A stretch of 53,980 nt of DNA. It comes from Bacillota bacterium (GTDB lineage Bacteria; Bacillota; Dethiobacteria; DTU022; UBA8154). The stretch covers positions 1 to 53,980 of the forward strand of contig JAAYRR010000094.1 in the NCBI GenBank assembly GCA_012518675.1. Direction: 5' to 3'. The translations under genes were made by a program, and so were the position numbers. This document shows positions 38,907 through 47,825 of the stretch, one piece after another. Within the stretch, counting starts at the first letter, position 1. Each line of letters begins with the position of its first letter. Under the pieces are notes generated by a model. That model was not told the origin of the DNA and ran no database searches. It saw nothing but the letters and a program-made list of their open reading frames with translations.

Positions 38907-41027
38907 TCAGGGTTGACTTTCACCGGCATTTTTATTCTGTGCGGGTTCATTTTCCCTAAAGCCGCACTCCTTGTTTGCACACAAAAGTACTTTATAGGGC
39001 GGACGGCGGTAGTTTTTTTCAACCATATAAGCACCGCATTGGGGACATTTTTTTTCTATGGGTTTATCCCAGGAGACAAATTTACATTCGGGAAAACGTG
39101 TACAGCCAAAAAATTTCCTCCCCTTCTTGCTCCGGCGTTCAATAACCATGCCTTCACAGGAGGGGCACTTAACCCCAATTTCCACCTTAAGCTGTTCTGT
39201 GTGCCGGCATTCAGGAAACCCGGGGCAAGCCAGAAACTGGCCGTACCGACCAAATTTTTTCACAAGGTTTTTCCCGCACAACGGACAGATTTTGTCTGTT
39301 TCTTCATCTTTAATTTTTATTTTTTTCATTTCTTTTTTAGCTACATCCAGGCGGTTTTTAAATGGCGCATAAAAGTCACTTAAAACCTTCTGGCGGGAAA
39401 TTTCCCCCGCTTCAACCCTATCCAGTTTGTTTTCCAGTTGGGCTGTAAAATTGATATCAACTATTTCAGGAAAATAGCTTTTTAAAAGATCGGCGATGAT
39501 AAAACCAAGTTCTGCCGGTTTGAAAACCCTGTCTTCTTTTAACACATACCCCCGGCTTAAAATGGTTTCAATCGTCGGGGAATAGGTGCTGGGCCTGCCA
39601 ATACCCTTATTTTCCATAGCTTTTACCAAAGAGGCTTCTGAAAAACGTGGGGGAGGCTGTGTAAAATGCTGTTCGGGGTTTAATTTTAAAAGTTTTAGTT
39701 GTTGGCCTTCCTCCAGGTGGGGAAGCTGTTTTTCTTTGTCCTTTTCTGTTTCTTCATCTTTTCCCTCAGTATAGATCTCCATAAAGCCGGAAAATTTTAC
39801 ACTGGAACCGCTGGCCCTGAAAAGATATTCGCCCGCTAAAATATCGGCTCTAACCTGTTCGATCAGCGCTGCTGCCATCTGACTGGCCAGAAAACGTTCC
39901 CAAATCAGTTTATAAAGCCGCTGTTGATCCCTGCTTAGAAAATTTTTAATGACACTGGGTTCCTTTAAAATGGCTGTAGGCCGAATCGCTTCATGCGCTT
40001 CCTGAGCACTTTTGGAGACTGCAAATTTCCGGGGCTTGGCAGGCAAGTACTTTTCCCCATATTTTAAACCAATGTATTCCCTGGCTTCTTTTTGTGCCTG
40101 CGGGGAAACTGTTGTGGCGTCCGTACGCATATAGGTAATCAAACCTTCTGCCTCACCCTTTTGGCCAACCTTAATGCCTTCATATAGCTGTTGGGCAATC
40201 ATCATCGTTTTCTTGGTTGTAAAGCGCAGTTTTCGGGAGGCCTCCTGCTGCAAGGTGCTGGTCGTAAAAGGGGCAGCCGGGTTACGCCTTCTTTGCTGCA
40301 GGCGAACCTTCTGAACCACATAATTTTGGTCCTTTAAACCCTTTAGAATCCCCGCAACCTCTTTTTCGGTAGCAAGGTTAATTTTTTTACCCTGTTGGCT
40401 GTGAAACCTTGCCGTAAAGGTGTTTCCCTGGGCCAATTCTTTAAAATCCCCGTCAATTGTCCAATATTCTTCCTTTACAAAGGCCTCAATTTCTCTTTCC
40501 CGGTCACAGATCAGCCGCAGCGCCACCGATTGCACCCGGCCGGCACTAAGCCCTTTACGCACTTTTTCCCAAAGCAAAGGGCTGATCGTATAGCCTACCA
40601 GGCGATCAAGAATACGCCGGGCTTGCTGGGCTTCAATTTTATCCAGGTTGAGGTAACGCGGCTTGGCAAAAGCATTTTTTACAGCTGTTTTTGTAATTTC
40701 ATGAAATTCTACCCTGCAGGGTTCGCTGTTATTTAGCTTCAGTGAATTGCTTAGATGCCAGCTGATAGCCTCGCCTTCCCTGTCCGGATCAGTTGCCAGG
40801 TAAACCCGTTCGGCCTTTTTACTGGCTGTTCTTAGCTCCTGCAATATTTTACCTTTTCCCCTGATGGTAATATATTTGGGTTTAAAATTATTTTCCAAAT
40901 CAATACCAAGCTGGCTCCTGGGCAGATCGATGAGATGACCGATAGAAGCTTTAACCTTATATTTTTTACCTAAAAATTTACTAATCGTCCTGGCCTTGGC
41001 AGGGGATTCCACAATGACAAGGTACAT
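38907..41027 (-). CDS. topA: DNA topoisomerase I
   Basis: 706 aa. TOPRIM MYLVIVESPAKA, active-site region, and C-terminal C4 zinc ribbons (CPLCG, CPSCEG, CPQCG). Confidence 0.97.
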   Translation of the reverse strand: MYLVIVESPAKARTISKFLGKKYKVKASIGHLIDLPRSQLGIDLENNFKPKYITIRGKGKILQELRTASKKAERVYLATDPDREGEAISWHLSNSLKLNNSEPCRVEFHEITKTAVKNAFAKPRYLNLDKIEAQQARRILDRLVGYTISPLLWEKVRKGLSAGRVQSVALRLICDREREIEAFVKEEYWTIDGDFKELAQGNTFTARFHSQQGKKINLATEKEVAGILKGLKDQNYVVQKVRLQQRRRNPAAPFTTSTLQQEASRKLRFTTKKTMMIAQQLYEGIKVGQKGEAEGLITYMRTDATTVSPQAQKEAREYIGLKYGEKYLPAKPRKFAVSKSAQEAHEAIRPTAILKEPSVIKNFLSRDQQRLYKLIWERFLASQMAAALIEQVRADILAGEYLFRASGSSVKFSGFMEIYTEGKDEETEKDKEKQLPHLEEGQQLKLLKLNPEQHFTQPPPRFSEASLVKAMENKGIGRPSTYSPTIETILSRGYVLKEDRVFKPAELGFIIADLLKSYFPEIVDINFTAQLENKLDRVEAGEISRQKVLSDFYAPFKNRLDVAKKEMKKIKIKDEETDKICPLCGKNLVKKFGRYGQFLACPGFPECRHTEQLKVEIGVKCPSCEGMVIERRSKKGRKFFGCTRFPECKFVSWDKPIEKKCPQCGAYMVEKNYRRPPYKVLLCANKECGFRENEPAQNKNAGESQP

Positions 41028-41042
41028 TTAGACACCTCCGGC

Positions 41043-42143
41043 TCAGCTTTTCATAAAATATTTTCCCGGCAGCTGTTTAATAGCCCCTTTTAATTCCAGC
41101 TCCAGCAGGAGCGCATTTAGCGTAGCAGGAGGCATTTTGCTAAAAACAACAAGCTCCTCCAGCGCTAAGGGTTCAAAAGGGATATACTGCAGCAGTTTTT
41201 TTTCTTCCGGGCTAAAATCCTGCTTTTCTTGCGGGGGAGAAACATCTTTTACCGACTTTGTAACAGAAATCTCCTCCAAAATATCTTCAATTTTTTCTAC
41301 CAGCTTGGCACCTTCCTTAATCAGTTTATGGCAACCCCGGCTATAAGGGCTGGCAATTCCCCCGGGGATGGCAAACACTTCTCTCCCTTGTTCCAGGGCG
41401 AAGTCAGCAGTTATCAATGCACCGCTTTTTTCCCCTGCTTCTATGACCAGGGTTCCCAAAGAAAGACCGCTGATAATTCTGTTCCGACGGGGAAAATTTG
41501 AAGGCAAAGGTTTGTAACCCGGGGGGAACTCACTGACCAGCACACCAAAATTTTCAATATTTTTCTTTACAGCTTTATTTTCAGGGGGATAGCAGATATC
41601 CAAACCACAACCTAAAATAGCCGCCGTTTTACCCCGGGCCTCGAAAACCCCCTTGTGTGCCCAGGTATCAATACCCCGGGCCATGCCGCTGACAATGGTT
41701 AAACCATGTTTTGACAGCCCATAAGCAAATTTATAAGCGTTTTCCCTGCCGTAAACAGTATGCCGCCTGCTACCAACAACAGCTAAACAGCTGTTGTTCA
41801 AAATATCAATGTTCCCCCTGTAATATAGCAAGGGAGGGGGATCATAGATTTCGCGCAAAAGTAAAGGGTAACGGCTGTCTTCCCAGACAATAAAAGAATA
41901 TCCCTGCTGAATAATTTTTTCCCACGCTTGCACGGGATCTACCTTTTGCCATTCCCGGCTTATTTTTTCCCGTAAAGCGGCTGTAAAACCTTCAACCCCC
42001 GCTAAATCCCGGGGCACTGCCTGCCAAACCTGTTCCGGGGTGCCAAAACGTTGGACCAGCCTTTTTATTCGCACCGGACCCAAGGAAGGAAGCAGGTTTA
42101 AAGCGTGGTAATATTTTGCTTGAAAAGCCCTGTCCCGGGACAT
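41043..42143 (-). CDS. dprA: DNA processing protein DprA/Smf
   Basis: Rossmann-like core VVGSRR.T.YG...VSGMARGIDT.AH...AILGCGLD.CYP. Start taken at the ATG at 42143 (MSRDRAF) after AAAGGGGA. Confidence 0.92.
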   Translation of the reverse strand: MSRDRAFQAKYYHALNLLPSLGPVRIKRLVQRFGTPEQVWQAVPRDLAGVEGFTAALREKISREWQKVDPVQAWEKIIQQGYSFIVWEDSRYPLLLREIYDPPPLLYYRGNIDILNNSCLAVVGSRRHTVYGRENAYKFAYGLSKHGLTIVSGMARGIDTWAHKGVFEARGKTAAILGCGLDICYPPENKAVKKNIENFGVLVSEFPPGYKPLPSNFPRRNRIISGLSLGTLVIEAGEKSGALITADFALEQGREVFAIPGGIASPYSRGCHKLIKEGAKLVEKIEDILEEISVTKSVKDVSPPQEKQDFSPEEKKLLQYIPFEPLALEELVVFSKMPPATLNALLLELELKGAIKQLPGKYFMKS

Positions 42144-42259
42144 GCTTCGATTTCCCCTTTCCAATTACACCATATTTTATCCTATTTGCAATAATAAACC
42201 AACACCTACCATAAATTACAACAATTAAGTAAAATGCTGCCATCCCGGTAAAATAAATT

Positions 42260-42305
42260 TTTCAAAAAAATCTTCGCCTCCTGCTGCATGACAAGGGCGA
42301 AGATT
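42260..42305 (-). terminator. strong rho-independent terminator inside the panD-dprA spacer
   Basis: The minus strand reads AATCTTCGCC cttgtcatgcagcagga GGCGAAGATT followed by TTTTTTGAAAAATTT. Confidence 0.75.
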
Positions 42306-42450
42306 CGACAAAGTATATTTACCCAAAAACGTGATTACTGTGCTGCCACTGAAAATCTTTTTACTCCGCCTTTGAGGTACCGGAAACCCTGGTAACACTC
42401 TTTTCCCATCTTCCCAAAAGTAATAAAGTTATTAATTACAAACAATAATT
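42262..42450 (-). ncRNA. candidate ~190-nt small RNA or cis-regulatory leader (promoter-to-terminator unit), class unknown
   Basis: Bounded by a near-consensus promoter (42457-42485) and the terminator above. Contains no credible ORF. Helices ATTACT/AGTAAT and GTGTT-CCA/TGG-AGCAC can form a multi-helix junction. Confidence 0.4.
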
Positions 42451-42456
42451 ACAATG

Positions 42457-42485
42457 ATTATAACACATAGGCCTGTGAATGTAAA
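42457..42485 (-). promoter_or_regulatory. sigma-A type promoter
   Basis: The minus strand reads TTTACA, 17 nt, TATAAT. Confidence 0.55.
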
Positions 42486-42574
42486 AGAATAAAGGTTTTA
42501 TTTTCATAATATTTTGAAAGCACCCTTTTACATGCTATTCTAAAAAAGTGGCAGCCAAGACGTTCTTTTTATTT

Positions 42575-42940
42575 TTATTCTCCAACATCAAAGCGCGCTA
42601 TTGTATTTTTTTCATCAACAAAAACTAATTTGGGTTTAAAATCCTGCAGTTCTTCCGGGGAATACTGCGCATAACTGATAATGATAATAACATCTCCGGG
42701 CTGGACAAGGCGCGCCGCCGCACCGTTAAGGCAAATAATTCCACTACCACGCTCTCCGCGAATAACATAAGTTTCCAACCGGGCACCATTATGGTTGTTT
42801 ACAACCTGCACCTTTTCATAAGCTAAAATATCAGCTTTTTCCATAAGTTCCGCATCTATTGTAATGCTACCCTCATAATTCAAATTGGCATCGGTAACAG
42901 TAGCTCTGTGAATTTTAGATTTACACATTGTCCGCCACAT
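42575..42940 (-). CDS. panD: aspartate 1-decarboxylase
   Basis: [16 protein letters not shown]...YEGSITID (pyruvoyl-forming GS site). Start chosen at 42940 by comparison with the canonical PanD N-terminus. Confidence 0.93.
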   Translation of the reverse strand: MWRTMCKSKIHRATVTDANLNYEGSITIDAELMEKADILAYEKVQVVNNHNGARLETYVIRGERGSGIICLNGAAARLVQPGDVIIIISYAQYSPEELQDFKPKLVFVDEKNTIARFDVGE

Positions 42941-42944
42941 TTGT

Positions 42945-43790
42945 TCACACCTCCACAATAACGTTGTCTATCAGTCTGGTTTGGCCAAACCTAACTGCAA
43001 CAGCAATCAGGCACTTTCCTGATATGAGGAGAACAGGACACAGTTCTGTAGTATCTACAATTTCAACATAATCCAGACAAGCGCCTTTAATTGCAGAAAT
43101 TCTTTGACTGATGGCCTGCTTAAGTACTTCTGCTTCCCTTTCCCCGGCGGCAATACTCTGTTCTGCCTCCTGCAAACTTTTATAAAGCGTCACTGCTTCT
43201 TTTCTTTGTGCAGGCGTCAGGTATTTATTACGTGAACTCATAGCCAACCCGTCAGCTTCCCGGATGGTAGGCCCAATTATTAGCTGCAGGTCCATATTCA
43301 GATCGGCCACCATTTTTTGAAGAACAAAGGCTTGTTGGGCATCCTTTTGTCCAAAGTAGGCACGATCAGGGCAAACTAAGTTAAACAACTTGGCAACCAC
43401 AGTGGTAACACCACGAAAATGTCCCGGTCGGGAAAGCCCACAAAGGCTGTTGGTCAGTCTTTCCACTTCTACAAAGGTTGCGTAACCACGGGGGTACATT
43501 TCTCTGACTGAAGGGGAAAAAAGCAGATCGCATCCTGCAGCCGCCGCCAGCTTTTTATCCCCTTCTAAGTCCCGGGGGTATTCTACATAGTCCTCTCCCA
43601 CACCAAACTGTAAAGGATTAACAAAAATACTGACGACCATGCAATCATTTTCAGCTTTGGCCGCCCGCATCAGGGAAAGATGTCCCTCATGTAAAAAACC
43701 CATAGTCGGTACCAGGCCGATGCGCAGTCCCTTTTTCTTTTTTTTCCCAATAACATCCTTAAGAGCAGTAATATTGTCTATAACCTGCAA
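42945..43790 (-). CDS. panC: pantoate--beta-alanine ligase
   Basis: [17 protein letters not shown] and FGQKDAQQ motifs. Confidence 0.95.
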   Translation of the reverse strand: MQVIDNITALKDVIGKKKKKGLRIGLVPTMGFLHEGHLSLMRAAKAENDCMVVSIFVNPLQFGVGEDYVEYPRDLEGDKKLAAAAGCDLLFSPSVREMYPRGYATFVEVERLTNSLCGLSRPGHFRGVTTVVAKLFNLVCPDRAYFGQKDAQQAFVLQKMVADLNMDLQLIIGPTIREADGLAMSSRNKYLTPAQRKEAVTLYKSLQEAEQSIAAGEREAEVLKQAISQRISAIKGACLDYVEIVDTTELCPVLLISGKCLIAVAVRFGQTRLIDNVIVEV

Positions 43791-43819
43791 AATAGATCCC
43801 CTCCCCCCTGCCAGGAAAC

Positions 43820-44662
43820 CTAGGTCTCCAAGGCCTTTGCCAAAGCTTCTTCGGACATGGTAAAGATATGTTTTTCTTCGGGAAAAATGCTTTGCCTGAC
43901 TTCAGAAATATAGGCTTGCATACCTTTCATCATTTCGTTTCGAGCTTCTGCATATTGCTTTACAAATTTGGGACGTTTGCCGGTATAAAGCCCCATCACG
44001 TCATGATAAACCAGAACCTGTCCATCACAGAATTTTCCTGCGCCGATGCCGATCACCGGTATGGAAAGTTTCTCTGTAATCACTTTAGCCAGTTGCCAGG
44101 GAACGCATTCGAGCACCAAGGAAAAGGCCCCCGCCTCCTCCAGCGCTAAAGAATCTTCGATCATTTTTTTGGCAACCCGGGGATCTTTCCCCTGAACTTT
44201 AAAACCACCCAACTGCCCCGCGGACTGCGGTGTCAAGCCCAGATGGCCAACAAGGGGAATACCGGAGCCAGTGATACTTTTTACTGCATCAATAATTTCC
44301 AGACCGCCTTCCAACTTTACACCTTGCGCACCGGTTTCCTGGATGATCCTGCCGGCGTTTAGCAGGGCCTTTTCACTGCTGACCTCATAAGTTAAAAAGG
44401 GCATATCCACTACCACAAAGGCATTTTTACTCCCCCGGACCACTGCCTTTCCGTGATGAATCATATCGTCCAATGTCACGGCCAAGGTATCCTCATAGCC
44501 TAGCACAACCATTCCCAAGGAATCACCCACAAGGATAAATTCAGCTCCCGCCTCATCAACCAGCTGGGCGGTAGGATGATCATAGGCGGTAATCATCGTT
44601 ATTTTCTCTTTTTTTTGCTTCATTTCTATAAAATCCAAGGTGGAAAAACGTCCTGCGCTCAT
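43820..44662 (-). CDS. panB: 3-methyl-2-oxobutanoate hydroxymethyltransferase
   Basis: ITMITAYD...LVGDSLGMVVLGY...VKLEGG motifs. Confidence 0.95.
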   Translation of the reverse strand: MSAGRFSTLDFIEMKQKKEKITMITAYDHPTAQLVDEAGAEFILVGDSLGMVVLGYEDTLAVTLDDMIHHGKAVVRGSKNAFVVVDMPFLTYEVSSEKALLNAGRIIQETGAQGVKLEGGLEIIDAVKSITGSGIPLVGHLGLTPQSAGQLGGFKVQGKDPRVAKKMIEDSLALEEAGAFSLVLECVPWQLAKVITEKLSIPVIGIGAGKFCDGQVLVYHDVMGLYTGKRPKFVKQYAEARNEMMKGMQAYISEVRQSIFPEEKHIFTMSEEALAKALET

Positions 44663-44666
44663 TCTT

Positions 44667-45551
44667 TTACCCTCCTAACAAATTTTTTAATTGCTTGACC
44701 TGGTCTTCAGTCAGTGTTTCCTTCCTGTAAGCAAGATCTGCAGTATAAATCCCCATACATTTGTAGGCGGCAAGCAGTTCCGGCACCAACTTGCCAATAA
44801 TTTCAAGATGGGAATTAATCGTAGGCAGATCACCCCGGGCAACCGGCCCGGTTAACGCCTTTTCCGGACCCATTTCCCCAATGTTTTTAAGGGTGCCGTA
44901 GATAAGCGGTGCCAAGGACTCAAAGGCCTGTTCGCTGCCAATACCCATTACCTGATACATTTTTAGGGCTACATCCATCAGGGTAGACAGATAGTTGCAC
45001 GCCACACAGGCCGCAGCATGGTACAGCGGTTTCATTTCTGTGGGGATAGTCAACATCTTACCCCCTAAGGCTGCAACCATTTCTTCAGCCACCCAAAAAG
45101 CTTCCTGCTCGCCTTCAACAGCAAAAAATGTACCCGGCAAAGCACGTAAGCCTGCCTCCACCCCGGGGAATGTTTGTAGAGGGTGGAAGGAAAAAACATT
45201 GGCACCGGCTTCCCGTGCCGTTGAAAGTATTTCTGAGCTGTGGGCCCCGCTTGTATGCAACACCACCTGCCCCCGGTGAAAAACGCCCTTCAAAGCTAAA
45301 GCATCGCATACCTCCTTAATTACCCGATCAGGGGTGGTTAAAAAAACTATATCCGCCTGCTGTGCAGCCTTTTCCGGTTCACTGTAAACAGGACACTGTA
45401 ATAAAGCAGCCGCTGTTTTACGCGACGCTGCAGTGCGCGCCGTAGCAGCCACCGGCACATAACCCTTTTGCTTTAAAGCATAACCAAGCACCTTGCCGAC
45501 GTTGCCGGCGCCAATAATCGCTATTTTTTTTACAGCTTTTGTTGTATGCAT
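44667..45551 (-). CDS. Rossmann-fold NAD(P)-binding protein with DUF2520-like C-terminus (candidate ketopantoate reductase)
   Basis: IAIIGAGNVGKVLG dinucleotide fold. First gene of the pan operon, 4 nt before panB. Confidence 0.7.
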   Translation of the reverse strand: MHTTKAVKKIAIIGAGNVGKVLGYALKQKGYVPVAATARTAASRKTAAALLQCPVYSEPEKAAQQADIVFLTTPDRVIKEVCDALALKGVFHRGQVVLHTSGAHSSEILSTAREAGANVFSFHPLQTFPGVEAGLRALPGTFFAVEGEQEAFWVAEEMVAALGGKMLTIPTEMKPLYHAAACVACNYLSTLMDVALKMYQVMGIGSEQAFESLAPLIYGTLKNIGEMGPEKALTGPVARGDLPTINSHLEIIGKLVPELLAAYKCMGIYTADLAYRKETLTEDQVKQLKNLLGG

Positions 45552-45566
45552 AGGCTGGCTCTCTCC

Positions 45567-45601
45567 CTAAAAAATTAAAACCTTCCTGCCGGGCAGGAAG
45601 G
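45567..45601 (-). terminator. terminator-like hairpin in the pan operon leader (possible attenuator)
   Basis: The minus strand reads CCTTCCTGC ccg GCAGGAAGG TTTTAATTTTTT, directly followed by the AGGGAGAGAG Shine-Dalgarno and the ATG at 45551. Confidence 0.5.
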
Positions 45602-45801
45602 CACAGTAACAGCGTTCTTTCTTCAATGTACCTTAGTCCCGGTCCTTTTTGGCTCCAGGCAAAATACAGCTGCTTTTTTGTCATTAAAAACTTAAACATT
45701 AAAGGCTGGTGCAGGTAAGATCCTACCCGGATTAATTTTATCATCTTTAACGGTTAAAAACAATTAAATTAACCCGTTTTTAAGCTTTTTTACAAATATT
45801 T

Positions 45802-46800
45802 TTACCACTGTTCACATTTTAATAGTTCCTGCAGTAGGGCGATGCCGTTTTCCACGTCATCTAAGTCCACCATTTCTGCCGGGGTATGAATATAACGACA
45901 GGGAATGGACAAGGCACCGGTGGGGATGCCGTCCCGTGAAAGATGTATAGCCCCGGCATCGGTACCACCTCTTTCCAATACCTCCGGCTGGTAGGGAATA
46001 TTATTTTTTTCGGCAACATCCATCATTAAATTTGTCACCTTTGGGTGGCAGATTACGGCAGAATCCATCACCTTCACAGTGGGCCCTTTCCCCAGGGAAA
46101 CGTTTGTTTTGAATTCAGGTTCAGGTGTATCGCCCACCCGGGTGACATCAACAGCCAGGCCGTAGTGGGGTTTGGTCCGGTAAGCGATGGTCTGGGCCCC
46201 CCGCAGGCCCACCTCCTCCTGCACAGTGAAAACAAAAAACACCTCCCCGGGCAACGTTGCCGCAGAAAGCCTGCTTAATGTTTCTAAGAGGACAGCACAA
46301 CCAACGCGGTTATCGAGCGACTTGGCGGTAAGGCGCTTTCCCTCCTGGTGCAGTGGTGCAAGATAAACTGCGGCATCACCGATTTTTACCTTAGCCAACG
46401 CTGTTTCCCGGTTTTCTGCGCCAATATCCAGGTAGTACTTGCTTAAACCGGGTTCCCGGGTTTCTTTGTTTTTTTCCTGCCCGATTACACCAACAGTGCC
46501 ATTTTCAAAAAACACCCTGGTCCCCGGCAAAGTCTGTTGCATAATGCCGCCTAAATTGGTAAAACGCAGGTAACCGTTTTCCTCAATATAAGTAACCATT
46601 AAACCGATTTCGTCCATATGGGCTGCCACCAAAATTTTTTTTCCACCGGCAGGGCCCTTACGCACGACCAAATTTCCCAGTGTATCAACAAAATATTCTT
46701 CTTTTAATTTTTCAATTTCCGCAGCAATAACGGCGCGTATCTGCCCCTCACGGCCGGCAGGGCCAAAGGAGGCGCATAATTTCTGGATTAATTCTTTCAT
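45802..46800 (-). CDS. M42 family metallopeptidase (TET/FrvX/YsdC-like aminopeptidase)
   Basis: GNLVV...AHMDEIGLMV...LDNRVGCAVL...VQEEVGLRGA...RYIHTP motifs. Confidence 0.9.
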   Translation of the reverse strand: MKELIQKLCASFGPAGREGQIRAVIAAEIEKLKEEYFVDTLGNLVVRKGPAGGKKILVAAHMDEIGLMVTYIEENGYLRFTNLGGIMQQTLPGTRVFFENGTVGVIGQEKNKETREPGLSKYYLDIGAENRETALAKVKIGDAAVYLAPLHQEGKRLTAKSLDNRVGCAVLLETLSRLSAATLPGEVFFVFTVQEEVGLRGAQTIAYRTKPHYGLAVDVTRVGDTPEPEFKTNVSLGKGPTVKVMDSAVICHPKVTNLMMDVAEKNNIPYQPEVLERGGTDAGAIHLSRDGIPTGALSIPCRYIHTPAEMVDLDDVENGIALLQELLKCEQW

Positions 46801-47825
46801 ACCTCCAACCCCTTTTCATCTATTGATCTGATAAAACCGTCAACTATCTCGACAAGGTGATGCCAATCTTTTTGATTTAACATGGACAGCGGGGAATGAA
46901 TATAGCGGCAGGGTGTGGAGATCACCCCGGCAGCAACGCCGCCCCGCGAAGTTGTAACGGCCCCCGCGTCGGTAAAACTGCCGCCATAACGGCGAAACTG
47001 GTAGGGCCTTTGCTGTTTTTCCGCCACCTGTATCAAGCGCTCCAAGAGACGTGGATGGGCTATTACAGAGTCATCCTTGACGGTAAAGGCCGGGCCATCC
47101 CCCAAGACGGTGGACTGTTCATATTCCTTAATTCCGGGGGTATCTGCAGCGATAGTGGTTTCCAGGACAAGCGCCATCCGGGGATTTACCCTGTAGGCAG
47201 CAACCCGCGCGCCCCTGATGCCAACTTCTTCTTGCACAGTAAAAACAGCCGTAAAGGAACAGGGAAAATCCCGCTGCAGGATTTCCAGCAAAGCGGCGCA
47301 GCCGGCTCTGTTGTCCAGCGCTTTACCACGCACCAAATTTTTATAGCAGCTGGCCTCACTGTAAAAAGAAACGTAATCACCGATTTTAACTGCTTTTTCA
47401 GCATCATCTTTATTTTTGGCACCGATATCTATGTAAAGATTTTCCGGGCCCAAGGCCTTTTTCCTTTCTTCTGCTTTTTGCAAATGAATTGCTTTGGCAC
47501 CGATTACACCATAGACATCGTCCGGGCCAATTTTTACGGGTTTGGAAATCAGGGCCGGTTCATACACCCCCCCCACCTTATAAAAACGCAGGTGCCCGCT
47601 TTTTTCAATTGACGAAACCATCAAGCCAACTTCATCCATATGGGCGCAGAGCATCAGCCCTGGATCTTCACCCTTCCCCCGGCCTTCTTTCGAAACATAG
47701 AGGTTCCCCAAGGCATCTGTATAGTTTTTCAGCCCCCGGGCTGCCAACTTTTCCCGGATAAAATTTCTAATCCTGGTTTCATCGCCGGAAACCCCGGGTA
47801 TTGCAGAAAGCTCTTTTATAAGCAC
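46797..47825 (-). CDS. M42 family metallopeptidase, paralog 2
   Basis: AHMDEVGLMV, LDNRAGCAAL, VQEEVGIRGA, RYIHSP. Overlaps its neighbours by 4 and 10 nt. Confidence 0.9.
   Translation of the reverse strand: MLIKELSAIPGVSGDETRIRNFIREKLAARGLKNYTDALGNLYVSKEGRGKGEDPGLMLCAHMDEVGLMVSSIEKSGHLRFYKVGGVYEPALISKPVKIGPDDVYGVIGAKAIHLQKAEERKKALGPENLYIDIGAKNKDDAEKAVKIGDYVSFYSEASCYKNLVRGKALDNRAGCAALLEILQRDFPCSFTAVFTVQEEVGIRGARVAAYRVNPRMALVLETTIAADTPGIKEYEQSTVLGDGPAFTVKDDSVIAHPRLLERLIQVAEKQQRPYQFRRYGGSFTDAGAVTTSRGGVAAGVISTPCRYIHSPLSMLNQKDWHHLVEIVDGFIRSIDEKGLEV

Noticed and set aside
42380-42392. AGGGTTTCCGG and GGCGGAGTAAAAAG in the candidate sRNA reminded me of the ykkC/guanidine-I (and ppGpp/PRPP subtype) core, which is tempting because codY lies in the downstream operon.
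   Set aside because: The other invariant blocks (GGUCCGAGAG and CCCGGGAG) are absent and the spacing is wrong. I treat this as coincidence unless cmsearch says otherwise.
46896-47612. 238-aa plus-strand ORF antisense to M42 paralog 2.
   Set aside because: It is a shadow of a strongly supported gene, with Gly/Pro/Phe-rich nonsense composition.
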